From Bacillales bacterium UBA4694 (GTDB taxonomy: Bacteria; Bacillota_I; Bacilli_A; RFN20; CAG-288): a DNA stretch of 64,000 nt. Shown in pieces: positions 46,079 to 56,201 of the stretch (position 1 is the first letter of the stretch; each line of letters opens with the position of its first letter). The notes beneath the pieces are model-generated. The model made no database searches. It worked only from the letters and a program-made list of their open reading frames with translations, and had not been told where the DNA came from. Where the stretch lies: contig DHKM01000035.1 of assembly GCA_002404835.1 (NCBI GenBank), positions 96,921-160,920 of the forward strand, read 5' to 3'. A program made the translations under genes and the position numbers.

Positions 46079-47938
46079 TTATTTTCCTCCGATACCTTTA
46101 TCGATGCTTGCACCGGTCAGGAGATTGACGAGCCAGTTCACAAGCAGGATGATGACAACAAGAATTAGGTTAGCTGCATTTTCCAAAGCAGCGATACCTG
46201 TATCTTCCAATAGGAACATGAATTTTGTAAGAATCATATAGTTGTCTCCGATGAACAAGAAGAGGGACAACTCTCTCATACAGCTGGTGAAGGGAAGAAG
46301 ATAACCACTTAAGAATGCGGATTTCTGAATTGGGAATATGATTCTTATCATTCTCTTCCACCATGGAACATTTTGGATTACTGCTGCTTCTTCGATTTCT
46401 CCGGATAGCTGCATCATGGCATTAAGAGAAGAACGTGATGCGAAGGGTATATATTTCAGTGTTCCTAGGATAACGCAGGTTAAAAAAGGAAGTGCATAGA
46501 GCCATTTGATTTTCATGGAAAGCAACATGAAGGTTGCGGAAAGGGAGATGGAAGGAAGTAGATATGGGAAGAATGCGAGTCCGTTTACCGCATTGGCAAA
46601 TTTTGATTTTCGTTTTTTGCTGACAGCATAACCAATCAGTAGACCAATGGTTCCTGCAAGAATGGCACAGAGGAAGGAGAGAAGAACAGACCCTTTCAAG
46701 GCTTCCCAAACCTTTGGTTCGTAGAAAATACCATGGTAGTCGTTTCGTATGACATCTTTGCTAATCCAATATTTAAATGTGAATCCGGAAGAATAGTCCC
46801 CTGGATTTGGAAGCAAGGATTCAAAGAAGAACGAAATCATAGGTCCGATACAGAAGAATACGACGCAGATAGAAAGGACAGTGGCAATGATCCATTTTCC
46901 TACTTTTCCGAGATTGACTTTGCTACTTTGACCGGATTTTCCTGAGACAGTAGTAAACTGCTTTCTTGAACTTGTTGCTACTTGGTTCATCATTAGAATG
47001 ACGATTCCAATAAGAATTAGTAAAATGGAAATAATTGCACCTTCTCCTCGGTAGGCTCCTTGTGAACCTTGAAGATCCGTTTTCATCTGTGTAGCAAGTG
47101 TATTCAATTTGAGAGTAATCGGAACTGGATATGAAGACATAGCAGAGGAGAAGACAAGAAGAATCGTTGAGAGTAAGGCAGGCTTGAGAATCGGAACGGT
47201 CACATGGAAGAACACTTTACGTTTAGGAATGTTCAATATAGTTGCAGCTTCTTCCAAATTGGCGTCCATATTCCTTAGGACGCCTCCAATAAGGATGTAG
47301 GCAAATGGGGCATAATGTAGACCTAGTACGATAGAAGTCGGAAGCCATCCGTAAACCCACCATTCGGGGCAGGCAATATGGAAGAGATGCTGAAACTCCC
47401 CGACATAGCCACCCTTGAAGGCATCAGATATGAAGAAGTTCTTCCAAAAAAGGGCTAAAGTCCATTGAGGCATGATGTAAGGAAAAATGAAAACGGCGGA
47501 AATGAATTTTTTGAACGGCATATTCGTTCTGGTAATTAGATAGGCTGACATTCCTCCGAAGATGATGGCAAAGGCACAACTCAATACTGAGATGATAAGA
47601 GAATTCAGCAAAGGCTTGTAAAAGAATCCAATTGATGTTTCGTCGGCGAATACTCTATACCAATGATAAATAGTGTATTGTCCTTCTTTTAGATAATAGG
47701 CATCGTCAGCGAATGGATCCATTCCGATATATCCCGGTATGACTTCACCGCTATGGACGAGGAAAGAATCTTCAATCAATGTGATTGTCGGAGCCACATT
47801 CAGTACCAAAAGCATGATACCAAAGAGAATCAAAATGGTATTGGCAGGGACACCGAAAAAAGTCAGTACTCTTCTTCCGTCACGTTCGATGACCTGAATG
47901 AATTTTCTTTTTCCGTTCTGGTTTATTGTTTCATCCAT
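46079..47938 (-). CDS. Fused double-domain ABC importer permease
   Basis: 619 aa, ~12 TM, with two EAA loops (LEEAATILNIPKRKVFFHVTVPILKP and IEEAAVIQNVPWWKRMIRIIFPIQKS). Confidence 0.85.
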   Translation of the reverse strand: MDETINQNGKRKFIQVIERDGRRVLTFFGVPANTILILFGIMLLVLNVAPTITLIEDSFLVHSGEVIPGYIGMDPFADDAYYLKEGQYTIYHWYRVFADETSIGFFYKPLLNSLIISVLSCAFAIIFGGMSAYLITRTNMPFKKFISAVFIFPYIMPQWTLALFWKNFFISDAFKGGYVGEFQHLFHIACPEWWVYGWLPTSIVLGLHYAPFAYILIGGVLRNMDANLEEAATILNIPKRKVFFHVTVPILKPALLSTILLVFSSAMSSYPVPITLKLNTLATQMKTDLQGSQGAYRGEGAIISILLILIGIVILMMNQVATSSRKQFTTVSGKSGQSSKVNLGKVGKWIIATVLSICVVFFCIGPMISFFFESLLPNPGDYSSGFTFKYWISKDVIRNDYHGIFYEPKVWEALKGSVLLSFLCAILAGTIGLLIGYAVSKKRKSKFANAVNGLAFFPYLLPSISLSATFMLLSMKIKWLYALPFLTCVILGTLKYIPFASRSSLNAMMQLSGEIEEAAVIQNVPWWKRMIRIIFPIQKSAFLSGYLLPFTSCMRELSLFLFIGDNYMILTKFMFLLEDTGIAALENAANLILVVIILLVNWLVNLLTGASIDKGIGGK

Positions 47939-48018
47939 GTTGTTACCTTTCTTCTCTTTCGTTTATGGAAAGAGAAAGAAAGCCAGCCATGGCCGGCTTT
48001 CTTTGTAAAGATGCTCGA

Positions 48019-49437
48019 TTATTGTTGTTTCTTGGCTATGGCCTTGTCGATGAAGTCCTTAACGCTATTATATCTTGTTCCGATATAGCTTGGATCTTCG
48101 ACGATGGCACCGCCTTTGTTGATCCACCAATCTGCGGAAGGATCGTTTTTGCAGGCGAATACGTTATCAGCATTGTTATCCTGCGTCCAAACAAGTTTGT
48201 TCGGATCTTCTGGATCTGCAGACAAAGTTCCGTGTCCGGCTTTGGAACGGTCGATATTGATGCTTGGCATTGTCGGATAGTCGCCGACATCTTTTGCCCA
48301 AGCAGAATATCCTTCTGTAGTGGTTGAAAGGACATTGAAATAGGCACAGGTTGCATATGGATATTTGCAGTTAGGCATGATGGACATATAATGCTTATAC
48401 ATGAATCCTGCAAATCCCTTCATGCTAGATGTCTGTAATGTGGAACCATCAGTGTTGTTTTCGCCTAAAGCTCCGATCACAAGGTTCTTTTTAGAAATCT
48501 TGTTTGTTTCATTTATGTTTTCGAGTTTGGAATAAACAATCCATCCGATATTTCCAGGAACATTGTTCAGGTTATCTACTGCCTTTCCGTCATCCTGGTA
48601 GAAAACGGCATTTTCGATGAACTTGTCGATAAATGCAAAGGCATATTTTCTTGTTCCGTATTTTTCGTACTGAGAAAAGTCGATTTCATTTTTGGCATCG
48701 TTTGTACTATCTTCGAAAGCGGCCTTTAAGTTATTGCATTCTTTGTCGGATGTTAACATGATAAGCCAGTCCATGTTGACGTTTTCGTTTCTCGGATCCA
48801 TCGTATCGAGCTTTCCTTTGTATTTCGAAGCCGTGATATCCCAGACGTTGTCGATTGTTGTGTCATGGTTCTTATTGTTTACCATCCAAGTCTTGAAGTT
48901 GTACTGAAGAGTGAAAGGATCCTTTGCGTTTTTATCACTTCCGGTATCGTCGGCCCATTCTTTAGGAATGTAATTGGTAAAATAATTCTTGTCGATGAAT
49001 TTTGTCTGGAGTTGGTAACCATCCTGGAGAATTGCACCAGTGTAGTTCTGGACATCATTTTCGATTTCGGCACAAAGGGTCGTATAGATGGTTCCGTCTA
49101 CGGTAGAATCATATTTGATTGGATCGGCATTTTTGCATCCTGCTTCTTTAAGAAGTTCCTTGAATTTGTTCTTAGGTGCATCTTTTCCACCACGAGATGT
49201 CGTTGCAAGAATCTTTACTTGTGCACCGGTAGTGGCGTCAAGTTCAGCGGCAGCCTTCTTGAAGAGTTCTGTTCTAGACAAGGTCATTGCATCCTGAACG
49301 GCCTTTTCTACTTGAGTCAATTCCTTTGTATTGGAATTTCCACTGTCGGTTCCCTTGTTTGAAGCAGAAGACTGACCACATCCGACAAGACTCATGATGG
49401 ATAGAGCTGAGAGAGCGACTAAACCAAATTTCTTCAT
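48019..49437 (-). CDS. ABC transporter substrate-binding lipoprotein (family 1-like), substrate unknown
   Basis: Lipobox MSLVGCGQ. 472 aa. First gene of the binding protein/permease/ATPase operon. Confidence 0.75.
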   Translation of the reverse strand: MKKFGLVALSALSIMSLVGCGQSSASNKGTDSGNSNTKELTQVEKAVQDAMTLSRTELFKKAAAELDATTGAQVKILATTSRGGKDAPKNKFKELLKEAGCKNADPIKYDSTVDGTIYTTLCAEIENDVQNYTGAILQDGYQLQTKFIDKNYFTNYIPKEWADDTGSDKNAKDPFTLQYNFKTWMVNNKNHDTTIDNVWDITASKYKGKLDTMDPRNENVNMDWLIMLTSDKECNNLKAAFEDSTNDAKNEIDFSQYEKYGTRKYAFAFIDKFIENAVFYQDDGKAVDNLNNVPGNIGWIVYSKLENINETNKISKKNLVIGALGENNTDGSTLQTSSMKGFAGFMYKHYMSIMPNCKYPYATCAYFNVLSTTTEGYSAWAKDVGDYPTMPSINIDRSKAGHGTLSADPEDPNKLVWTQDNNADNVFACKNDPSADWWINKGGAIVEDPSYIGTRYNSVKDFIDKAIAKKQQ

Positions 49438-49716
49438 AAAATTTTATCCCCCTTTAGGTTTAAAGGAATCGTTAAGATTTCCTTGACAAGAATAATGTAA
49501 TATGAAAGCTCTTACAAGTCAATAAAATCTTTGCAAATTTAAATTTTATGTTTGAACGAATATTGAAAAATAATGATAATTATCGAAATTTTCAGAAAAA
49601 TGAATAAAAAAGAAAAATTAATTATTTTATTTACAATTAATCGCTTGTAATGGTTTCCTTTGTAAAATCAACTAGAATGTGATGAATTTTTTGACATATT
49701 ATGGTATAGTAAAAAT

Positions 49717-50427
49717 ATGCCGATGAAAGATTATTTGATTTATTCCATCGAAGATGATCCAGACATCTCGGATATTCTTGAAATTGCTTTAAAAGGGCAA
49801 GGCTATTTAATTTCTAGTTTTGCTTCTGGCGAGGATTTTCTTGAGGCATTCAAAAACAAAAAACCGGATATGATTCTTTTGGATATGATGCTTCCAGGAA
49901 TACAGGGAAGAGATCTTTTGAAAATGGTCCGCAAGGATGAATCCAATAAAGGTATCATTGTTATCATCGTTTCTGCGAAATCCTTGGTCAGCGATAAAAT
50001 AGATGGACTGAATCTTGGTGCTGATGATTATATTGCCAAACCGTTTGATATAAATGAATTCATTTCAAGAATTAACGCTCATTATCGAAGATGCATTCAA
50101 TCCATGCCAATAAACGATAATCTACTTCAAGTGAGAAACTGCGTTATTGACTTCTCAAATAAGACCTTAAAACAAGAAGGAATCCTCGTTAATCTGACGC
50201 CCAGTGAGTTTTCGATTGCTGAGGTTTTGTTTTCGAATCATGGAAAAATCGTCTCTAAAAATCAAATTGCGGAAGTTCTCTATGGAGAGAATTCTAACGA
50301 GGATAAACTGAAAAAACAGTTCCGTACCATTGATATGATGATAAAGGAACTGAGAAGAAAACTTAAAGACGAGAACAAGAACTTCATCCAGACCGTTTTC
50401 GGTAGTGGATATCTTTTAAATGAATAA
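49717..50427 (+). CDS. OmpR-family response regulator
   Basis: IEDDPDI, LLDMMLPGIQG, VSAKS, AKPFD and a winged-helix C-terminus (FGSGYLL). Confidence 0.9.
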   Translation: MPMKDYLIYSIEDDPDISDILEIALKGQGYLISSFASGEDFLEAFKNKKPDMILLDMMLPGIQGRDLLKMVRKDESNKGIIVIIVSAKSLVSDKIDGLNLGADDYIAKPFDINEFISRINAHYRRCIQSMPINDNLLQVRNCVIDFSNKTLKQEGILVNLTPSEFSIAEVLFSNHGKIVSKNQIAEVLYGENSNEDKLKKQFRTIDMMIKELRRKLKDENKNFIQTVFGSGYLLNE

Positions 50428-52117
50428 GAAGAATCATTTTCTTAGGAATTTTTTAGTCTTCATCTTTGATTTTCTTCTTTTTTTCAGTGTTTCAATTCCG
50501 TGGTTTGTATTTAGCAGAAATCAAGAGATAGATGAAACAAAAGAAACAGCAGATTATATAGTTTCTTTGTATCAGGAAAAGGAAAATCTTACATTTTCGG
50601 ATATTTACGGTTCCTTGCTTCATTGTAGTAATATCCGTATTTCCGTCTATGACAAGACGAAAGATAACTTTTTGCTTTTTGATTCCCATCAGGAAGCTTA
50701 TATAAAAGACACTTCAATCGATAGAAAAGAGCTGAACCCGATTTTCTTAAAGGATCCATATTTGGGGAACTCATGTACTATGTATCAAGATATCAACCAA
50801 TCTTATTTGGTGAAAGTGTCGAAAAGAGTCTCTGGTTCTTATTCGATTTCCAAATTGTTTCTTATTTATGGACCGTTAGGATGCCTCATTTGGTCTATTC
50901 TGATTTGCGTGTTTTTGTCCTATAACAATAAGAGAACTCTCAGGCCTTTGAAACTTCAAATCAGCAAACTACAGGATCTGACTAGTATTCATCGAACTAT
51001 GGATTATGAGGATGATCTGAATTATCTGACGATGGTTTTGAGAGATTCAAGACATAAACTGAGAAAAGAACTGGAAGTAAACCGAATTTCGGATCAGAAA
51101 ATGAATTTTATTTTGGATTCTTTCTCGGAAGGCCTAATCGTCATTGATTCATCTTATAAGGTCGTTCTTATCAATAAAAAGGCTTTGCAGATTTTCTCTT
51201 ATCAAAAAGAAGATATTCAGGATCGTCATTTAGAGAATCTTAATGCACCTCATGAACTGGAAGTCAACTTTTCCATGGTAATTCATACAAATACTTCCCT
51301 GTCTTTTGTGGAAAAAATAAACTCAAGGGTCTATCAGTGTGATATTAATCCGATTGATTATTCCTGGACAAGAGGAATCACAAATGAAAAGAACGGTGCT
51401 TCCTTGGTTCTGATCGATATCACCGATGACTACAATTCCGGAAGCATGAAGAAGGAATTTTTTGCCAATGCTTCGCATGAACTGAAATCGCCACTAACTA
51501 GTATTCTAGGTTATCTTCAACTGATTGAAAGTCATGCGATTCAAGGAGAGGAAAATGTCGATAGGGCCATTTCTAAATGTGTTTTTGAAAGCAAGAGAAT
51601 GAATAAGATTATTTCCGATATGCTGACTCTCTCTTCTTTGGAGAGTCAAAACCTCAAGAGTATCGAAGAAATTCAGGTTGCTAATGCAACTGACAATATT
51701 CTTTCTTCTTTGGAACCACAGATTCGGGAAAAGAAAATCAGTGTTATCAAAGATTATTGTTCGTTCAACATTAAAATGAATTTGGAGGATTTTGACAAGC
51801 TTGTGAGGAATCTCTTGGATAACGCAATAAAATACAATAAACAGGAAGGGTCTTTATATGTGATCGTGAAAGACCGCAAGATTACAATCAGAGATACAGG
51901 TATTGGAATTTCCCTGGAAAATCAGTCCCGTGTTTTCGAACGTTTTTTCCGGGTAGATAAAGCCAGATCCAAAAAGAGCGGCGATACTGGACTCGGACTT
52001 GCTATTGTCAAACATATCTGCAATTATTATGACCTTCATATTTCTCTTGAATCGTCACTAGGTGTTGGAAGTGAGTTCACTGTCAGTTTTCCTATCGACA
52101 AGGATTTTTCTTCCTGA
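50420..52117 (+). CDS. Sensor histidine kinase (two TM, PAS-like, HisKA, HATPase_c)
   Basis: H-box FFANASHELKSPLTSI, N-box LLDNAIKYN, G1 IRDTGIGI, G2 GDTGLGLAIVK. Its start overlaps the regulator gene by 8 nt. Confidence 0.9.
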   Translation: MNKKNHFLRNFLVFIFDFLLFFSVSIPWFVFSRNQEIDETKETADYIVSLYQEKENLTFSDIYGSLLHCSNIRISVYDKTKDNFLLFDSHQEAYIKDTSIDRKELNPIFLKDPYLGNSCTMYQDINQSYLVKVSKRVSGSYSISKLFLIYGPLGCLIWSILICVFLSYNNKRTLRPLKLQISKLQDLTSIHRTMDYEDDLNYLTMVLRDSRHKLRKELEVNRISDQKMNFILDSFSEGLIVIDSSYKVVLINKKALQIFSYQKEDIQDRHLENLNAPHELEVNFSMVIHTNTSLSFVEKINSRVYQCDINPIDYSWTRGITNEKNGASLVLIDITDDYNSGSMKKEFFANASHELKSPLTSILGYLQLIESHAIQGEENVDRAISKCVFESKRMNKIISDMLTLSSLESQNLKSIEEIQVANATDNILSSLEPQIREKKISVIKDYCSFNIKMNLEDFDKLVRNLLDNAIKYNKQEGSLYVIVKDRKITIRDTGIGISLENQSRVFERFFRVDKARSKKSGDTGLGLAIVKHICNYYDLHISLESSLGVGSEFTVSFPIDKDFSS

Positions 52118-52133
52118 TTTTTGTTTCCAATAT

Positions 52134-52166
52134 AAAAGCTGGGGAAATAACCCCAGCTGGTTTTTT
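52134..52166. terminator. Bidirectional terminator
   Basis: AGCTGGGG (52137-52144) / CCCCAGCT (52151-52158), followed by GGTTTTTT. It lies between convergent genes. Confidence 0.65.
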
Positions 52167-53331
52167 AGTCTAAAAGTCCAATCAAATCGTCCCAATCAGA
52201 GTCGAATTCTATTTTTTTATAACTATCTTTATCCTTGACTTCTTCGACTTTTGTATTTTTTCCAGAAGCAAATTCTAACTTGACATCAAGTTTGTACTCC
52301 ATTGTGACATCCGTTTTGAAAGTCATGTTATTTACTGTAGAAGTACTGGTAAAGGTGTAATTGCAATCAATGGTTGTACCGATAGAACGGATAGAGGTGG
52401 TATCGAATACGAAGGCAATGGCGAATGTGTTGACATTGAAATGATGTTCTTTTTTCGTTTCTACGATATTGGAGAAAATATCGGAGAAATCTGTATTTTC
52501 GTATCCGAATATTTCATCATCGACAGGAACATCATCCATTAATTTTTCATTGTCCTTCAGATTTTTAAGATCTACGCTGTAGGAATAAGTCCCATCATCA
52601 TGCTGCTGAGCTTGGACTTGTCCATTGTTGGAAGCTATTTTCTCAATTTCAGTTGTGATTTCCTTGACGAAGGAATCGATGTTTTCTTGGGAAGTGATGG
52701 GAAGGTTTTCATCCGAGAGACCATTGTCGAAATAGAACTTGTTGTCTAGACTGAATGTGGTATTGATGTTTTTGTCATAGTTCTTTTCGTCGTCTTTTAG
52801 ATTGAGTTTTGCTGAAATGGCGCTTTGGAGTTTCGTATCAGAAAGATCGACATAGGTATTGAACCCTTCTGTATAGATGTTCAATCCCATAGTCCCGGAA
52901 GGAGCAGAATAGGTCTTTTCGAAGTTGTCGGATTTTACGTTTCCTTTGATATCGACATCGGCTTTGATTCCTGCGTTGGACTTTAGATCGTTAAGATTGT
53001 CTGAACTTAGTCCGGTTGCCTGAAGATTCATTTTGATATTCTTGAAATCTGTGCTGTCTTCCTTCTTATAGGTTCCTGTTTCGGTTTTGGATTTCGGATA
53101 GTTGTTCTCTATTTTGGATGCATAGTGATAACTTCCGTCTTTCATGGTCAGGGAGAGTGTGTCTTCGTTTGCCATGTTTTCGGCAGCATCGTCCATGATT
53201 TCCTTTGCCTCTTCGACGGTAATGGCTTTCCCTTTCTTTACTTGTCCGGCAAGCGGCTGGGCATTATTGTTGCATCCCGTCAATAGGAATGCGACAAGCA
53301 GAAACGGCATCTTTTTCAACGTTTTTTTCAT
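52165..53331 (-). CDS. Lipoprotein (388 aa), last gene of the ECF sigma operon
   Basis: Lipobox AFLLTGC. Asp/Asn/Lys-rich with no known motif. Confidence 0.7.
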   Translation of the reverse strand: MKKTLKKMPFLLVAFLLTGCNNNAQPLAGQVKKGKAITVEEAKEIMDDAAENMANEDTLSLTMKDGSYHYASKIENNYPKSKTETGTYKKEDSTDFKNIKMNLQATGLSSDNLNDLKSNAGIKADVDIKGNVKSDNFEKTYSAPSGTMGLNIYTEGFNTYVDLSDTKLQSAISAKLNLKDDEKNYDKNINTTFSLDNKFYFDNGLSDENLPITSQENIDSFVKEITTEIEKIASNNGQVQAQQHDDGTYSYSVDLKNLKDNEKLMDDVPVDDEIFGYENTDFSDIFSNIVETKKEHHFNVNTFAIAFVFDTTSIRSIGTTIDCNYTFTSTSTVNNMTFKTDVTMEYKLDVKLEFASGKNTKVEEVKDKDSYKKIEFDSDWDDLIGLLD

Positions 53332-53389
53332 TTTATTTTCCTCTTTTCACTCTATATACAGTTTGGATTTCTTTTTTATTGGTGAAATT

Positions 53390-54418
53390 TCAATTTTTTT
53401 CAAAATCGTAAATCAAATTGCCACTGCTATCCTTCGTGAAAGAAAAATCCGATTTCAATAATGATACAGGAGAATAGTTCAGTTCGAAATATTCTACATT
53501 GTAATTGTTCTCGACTTTTTTGTGTGAAGTCTTGGTCTTGATGATTCCAGTCGGTTTGCTGTGGACAAAATTGCATTCGTCTATGCCTTTTTCTTTTTCG
53601 AATGTTGTCGTAAGTTTGTAGAATTCAGTATCGACAAAGATTCTATCTTTCTTTTCACTGATTTTATAGAATAAACCTTTTCCATCCTCGTCTTCGTCCT
53701 GCATGATGGCTATTAGTTTGTCGTTGCTGGAAAAGACGGAACGTATTCTTTTTTCGTCTTCTTCATTGTCAACATAGATGTATCCTTTGTATACATTATC
53801 ATTCAGAACATAAACCGCTTCATTGATGCTTTCCCCTTTTTGAATGTCTTTTTTGGTATATACTTTGTTTTCTCCCTGGAAGAGAACGTAGGAATAGGTT
53901 TCGTTTTGATAGACAAATTCAGTTTTTCCATAGGTGATGGATAAGGTGTCCTCTGTGGCCAAGAATGCGTCGATATAAGGGAAAAGATTACTATATGTGT
54001 TTTTAATTTTTTCTTGTTTGTTTGTAACGTTTAAGCTGATGTCGATATCTGTGGATATCAACCTCTTTACTTGTTTCTCAGGAATTGGTTTTTCACCAAG
54101 ACTTGCGCCATAAAATAATTCCAATCCCGTTTGGGAAAGAAGGGAATTATCATTTAAGGAGACATCCTTGGTCAGAATCGGATCATATTTGACATCTTGA
54201 ATCGGAGTGTCTGACTTTCTATAGTTGAGTACAGGAATGACAATTGCGATTGTGGTACAGGCTAAAGCCGAAAGTGAAGCTATTAAGGGAATGAAATATC
54301 TTTTCTTTTTCTTGCTTTTTTCTTTCTGGATTTGGTTGTATTTTTCTAGAATCATGTTGGAAGTGGTATGGATTTTTAATTCTTGTAGTTCTTTTTTGAT
54401 TTCAGTTTCAATATCCAT
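53390..54418 (-). CDS. Putative anti-sigma factor (single-pass membrane protein)
   Basis: A short cytoplasmic N-terminus, one TM (YFIPLIASLSALACTTIAIVIPVL) and a ~280-aa external domain. Overlaps the sigma gene by 11 nt. No HxxxCxxC zinc motif. Confidence 0.5.
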   Translation of the reverse strand: MDIETEIKKELQELKIHTTSNMILEKYNQIQKEKSKKKKRYFIPLIASLSALACTTIAIVIPVLNYRKSDTPIQDVKYDPILTKDVSLNDNSLLSQTGLELFYGASLGEKPIPEKQVKRLISTDIDISLNVTNKQEKIKNTYSNLFPYIDAFLATEDTLSITYGKTEFVYQNETYSYVLFQGENKVYTKKDIQKGESINEAVYVLNDNVYKGYIYVDNEEDEKRIRSVFSSNDKLIAIMQDEDEDGKGLFYKISEKKDRIFVDTEFYKLTTTFEKEKGIDECNFVHSKPTGIIKTKTSHKKVENNYNVEYFELNYSPVSLLKSDFSFTKDSSGNLIYDFEKN

Positions 54419-54929
54419 CTTTTTCTAATGCCTCCTTCATTTTCTTAATCGCATTGTTGTATTTCCAGGTTATTGTTCCTAGGGGTTTATTCAATGCTGA
54501 AGAGATTTCTTTGTGCGTCATATCATATAGACAGTGCATGATAACGATTTGGTTTTCTTCATCGTCCAAAACCTCTTTCATTTTTGTTAAAACGTAATCA
54601 TCAGAGTTATCGATGCCTTTGTCTTCGATTTGGGACATATCTACGTCTCTCTGAATCCTTTTGTATTTTTCCAGAATGTTCAAGGACAAATTTTTTGCTG
54701 TCTGCATCAAGTATGCTAGTATGGAGCGATTTAAATCGATATCTTTTAGCTTTTCAAGAAATTTCAGATAGGTATCCTGGAGAACATTCTCAGCTTCTTC
54801 TTTACTTCTTAGCATCTGATACGCCATTGAATAGACGCCTCGGTAAGTAAGTCTGTAAAACTCATCGAAATATTCCATTCGACCAGACTGTAGATAGGAT
54901 ACCAATTCGACAAGATGATGTTCATTCAT
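54408..54929 (-). CDS. ECF-type sigma-70 family RNA polymerase sigma factor
   Basis: 173 aa. Region 2 (FDEFYRLTYRGVYSMAYQML) and region 4 HTH (MTHKEISSALNKPLGTITWKYNNAIKKMKE). Confidence 0.8.
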   Translation of the reverse strand: MNEHHLVELVSYLQSGRMEYFDEFYRLTYRGVYSMAYQMLRSKEEAENVLQDTYLKFLEKLKDIDLNRSILAYLMQTAKNLSLNILEKYKRIQRDVDMSQIEDKGIDNSDDYVLTKMKEVLDDEENQIVIMHCLYDMTHKEISSALNKPLGTITWKYNNAIKKMKEALEKDGY

Positions 54930-55144
54930 GGCTTTATTCTCACTATATATACAAATAATATTATTGTTTTATTGGTAAGAAATAAATAAATTTTATTAAT
55001 TTGATTAATCGGTGTTTTTCTTCGTTATATTACAAGTGTAAAAGGAAAGGACGTGAATTTTAAGCAAAATGCAATTTTTCGTCTTTGAAGCTTTTATCAA
55101 AAGGTTTCCTGAGTATAATTTAACATGTAAGGAGAACATCAATC

Positions 55145-55372
55145 ATGAAATGGTTCAACAGTCTTCCAAGACTTGTCCAACTCATCCTTCTTTTGATTCC
55201 CGGTGTCAACTGGGTTGTCGAAATCATCGTGCGTGTTACTGCCTTGATCGAAAAGCCTAATCTCAATCATCTTTTGGGATTTATCTTCGGTCTTTGCATT
55301 CCATGCATTGCTGGATGGGTCGACTTCGTTTGGTGCTTGCTTTTCAAGCATCTCTTCCTTGCTGCTAACTAG
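55145..55372 (+). CDS. Small membrane protein (75 aa, 2 TM)
   Basis: AAGGAGA lies 8 nt upstream, and a terminator follows. MKWFNSLPRLVQLILLLIPGVNWVVEIIVR... has two hydrophobic helices. Confidence 0.5.
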   Translation: MKWFNSLPRLVQLILLLIPGVNWVVEIIVRVTALIEKPNLNHLLGFIFGLCIPCIAGWVDFVWCLLFKHLFLAAN

Positions 55373-55387
55373 TACTAGTAGCGGATG

Positions 55388-55415
55388 CCACATCCTCATG
55401 GGTGTGGTTTTTCTT
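55388..55415 (+). terminator. Rho-independent terminator
   Basis: CCACATCC (55388-55395) / GGGTGTGG (55400-55407) with one G-U pair, followed by TTTTTCTTGTTT. Confidence 0.65.
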
Positions 55416-55436
55416 GTTTAATAAAAAGGAGAAAAA

Positions 55437-56201
55437 ATGGAACAAGTAAAAAAACATTCCAAAAAAAGAGTTTGGATTTTAATCATTTCGGTTCTTTCAT
55501 TCATTCTTGTTCTTTTTAGTGTTTTCTTTGGTTATGTATCTTTTTACAATCATGCAACGCAAAATGCTATTGCTTGTATGGATGATACGTCTTTAAGTCA
55601 AATCCAGGATGAAAAGGATTATGTTTCCTTTGTTCCGAAGAAAGATTCGTTGAAATCGGATAAAGGATTTATTTTCTATCCGGGAGGAAAGGTAGAATAT
55701 AAAAGTTATGCTCCTTTTCTTAGAGGTCTGTCGGATCTTGGTATTACATCGGTATTGGTGAAAATGCCATTTAATCTTGCTGTATTCAATATCAATGGTG
55801 CGGATAATAAGCAAACTCTTTTTCCTGAAATTAAAGAGTGGTTTATCGGAGGACATTCACTTGGTGGTGCAATGGCTTCTAATTATATCTACCGTCATTA
55901 TGATGATTATCATGGTCTTATCTTGTTGGGAAGTTATTCGACAAAGGACTTATCATCCTGTGATAACATTTCTACATTATCTCTTTTAGCAGAACATGAT
56001 CAAGTTCTCGATAAAGAAAAATATGAGAAAAATAAGAAAAATCTTCCGAATTTAACGGAAATTACCGTTGATGGAGGAATCCATTCCTATTTTGGAGATT
56101 ATGGAATCCAATCTGGTGATGGTATACCATCCATATCTTTTGATGAACAGAATCGAAAAATCATTTCTTCGGTAGTTTCGTTTGTGTTTCATATGAACTA
56201 A
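55437..56201 (+). CDS. Membrane-anchored alpha/beta hydrolase
   Basis: N-terminal TM (VWILIISVLSFILVLFSVFF) and the nucleophile elbow GGHSLGGAMAS. Confidence 0.7.
   Translation: MEQVKKHSKKRVWILIISVLSFILVLFSVFFGYVSFYNHATQNAIACMDDTSLSQIQDEKDYVSFVPKKDSLKSDKGFIFYPGGKVEYKSYAPFLRGLSDLGITSVLVKMPFNLAVFNINGADNKQTLFPEIKEWFIGGHSLGGAMASNYIYRHYDDYHGLILLGSYSTKDLSSCDNISTLSLLAEHDQVLDKEKYEKNKKNLPNLTEITVDGGIHSYFGDYGIQSGDGIPSISFDEQNRKIISSVVSFVFHMN

Noticed and set aside
48036-48413. Track ORF 48036..48413 (-, 125 aa), plus the many other 60-170-aa ORFs nested inside larger genes
   Set aside because: These are alternative-frame or antisense ORFs lying wholly inside well-supported genes (here the substrate-binding lipoprotein). 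They have no independent signals.
55139-55399. Track ORF 55139..55399 (-, 86 aa) and ORF 55069..55260 (+)
   Set aside because: They overlap the 75-aa membrane-protein gene at 55145..55372. That gene has a proper SD, two TM helices and a downstream terminator, which the alternatives lack.
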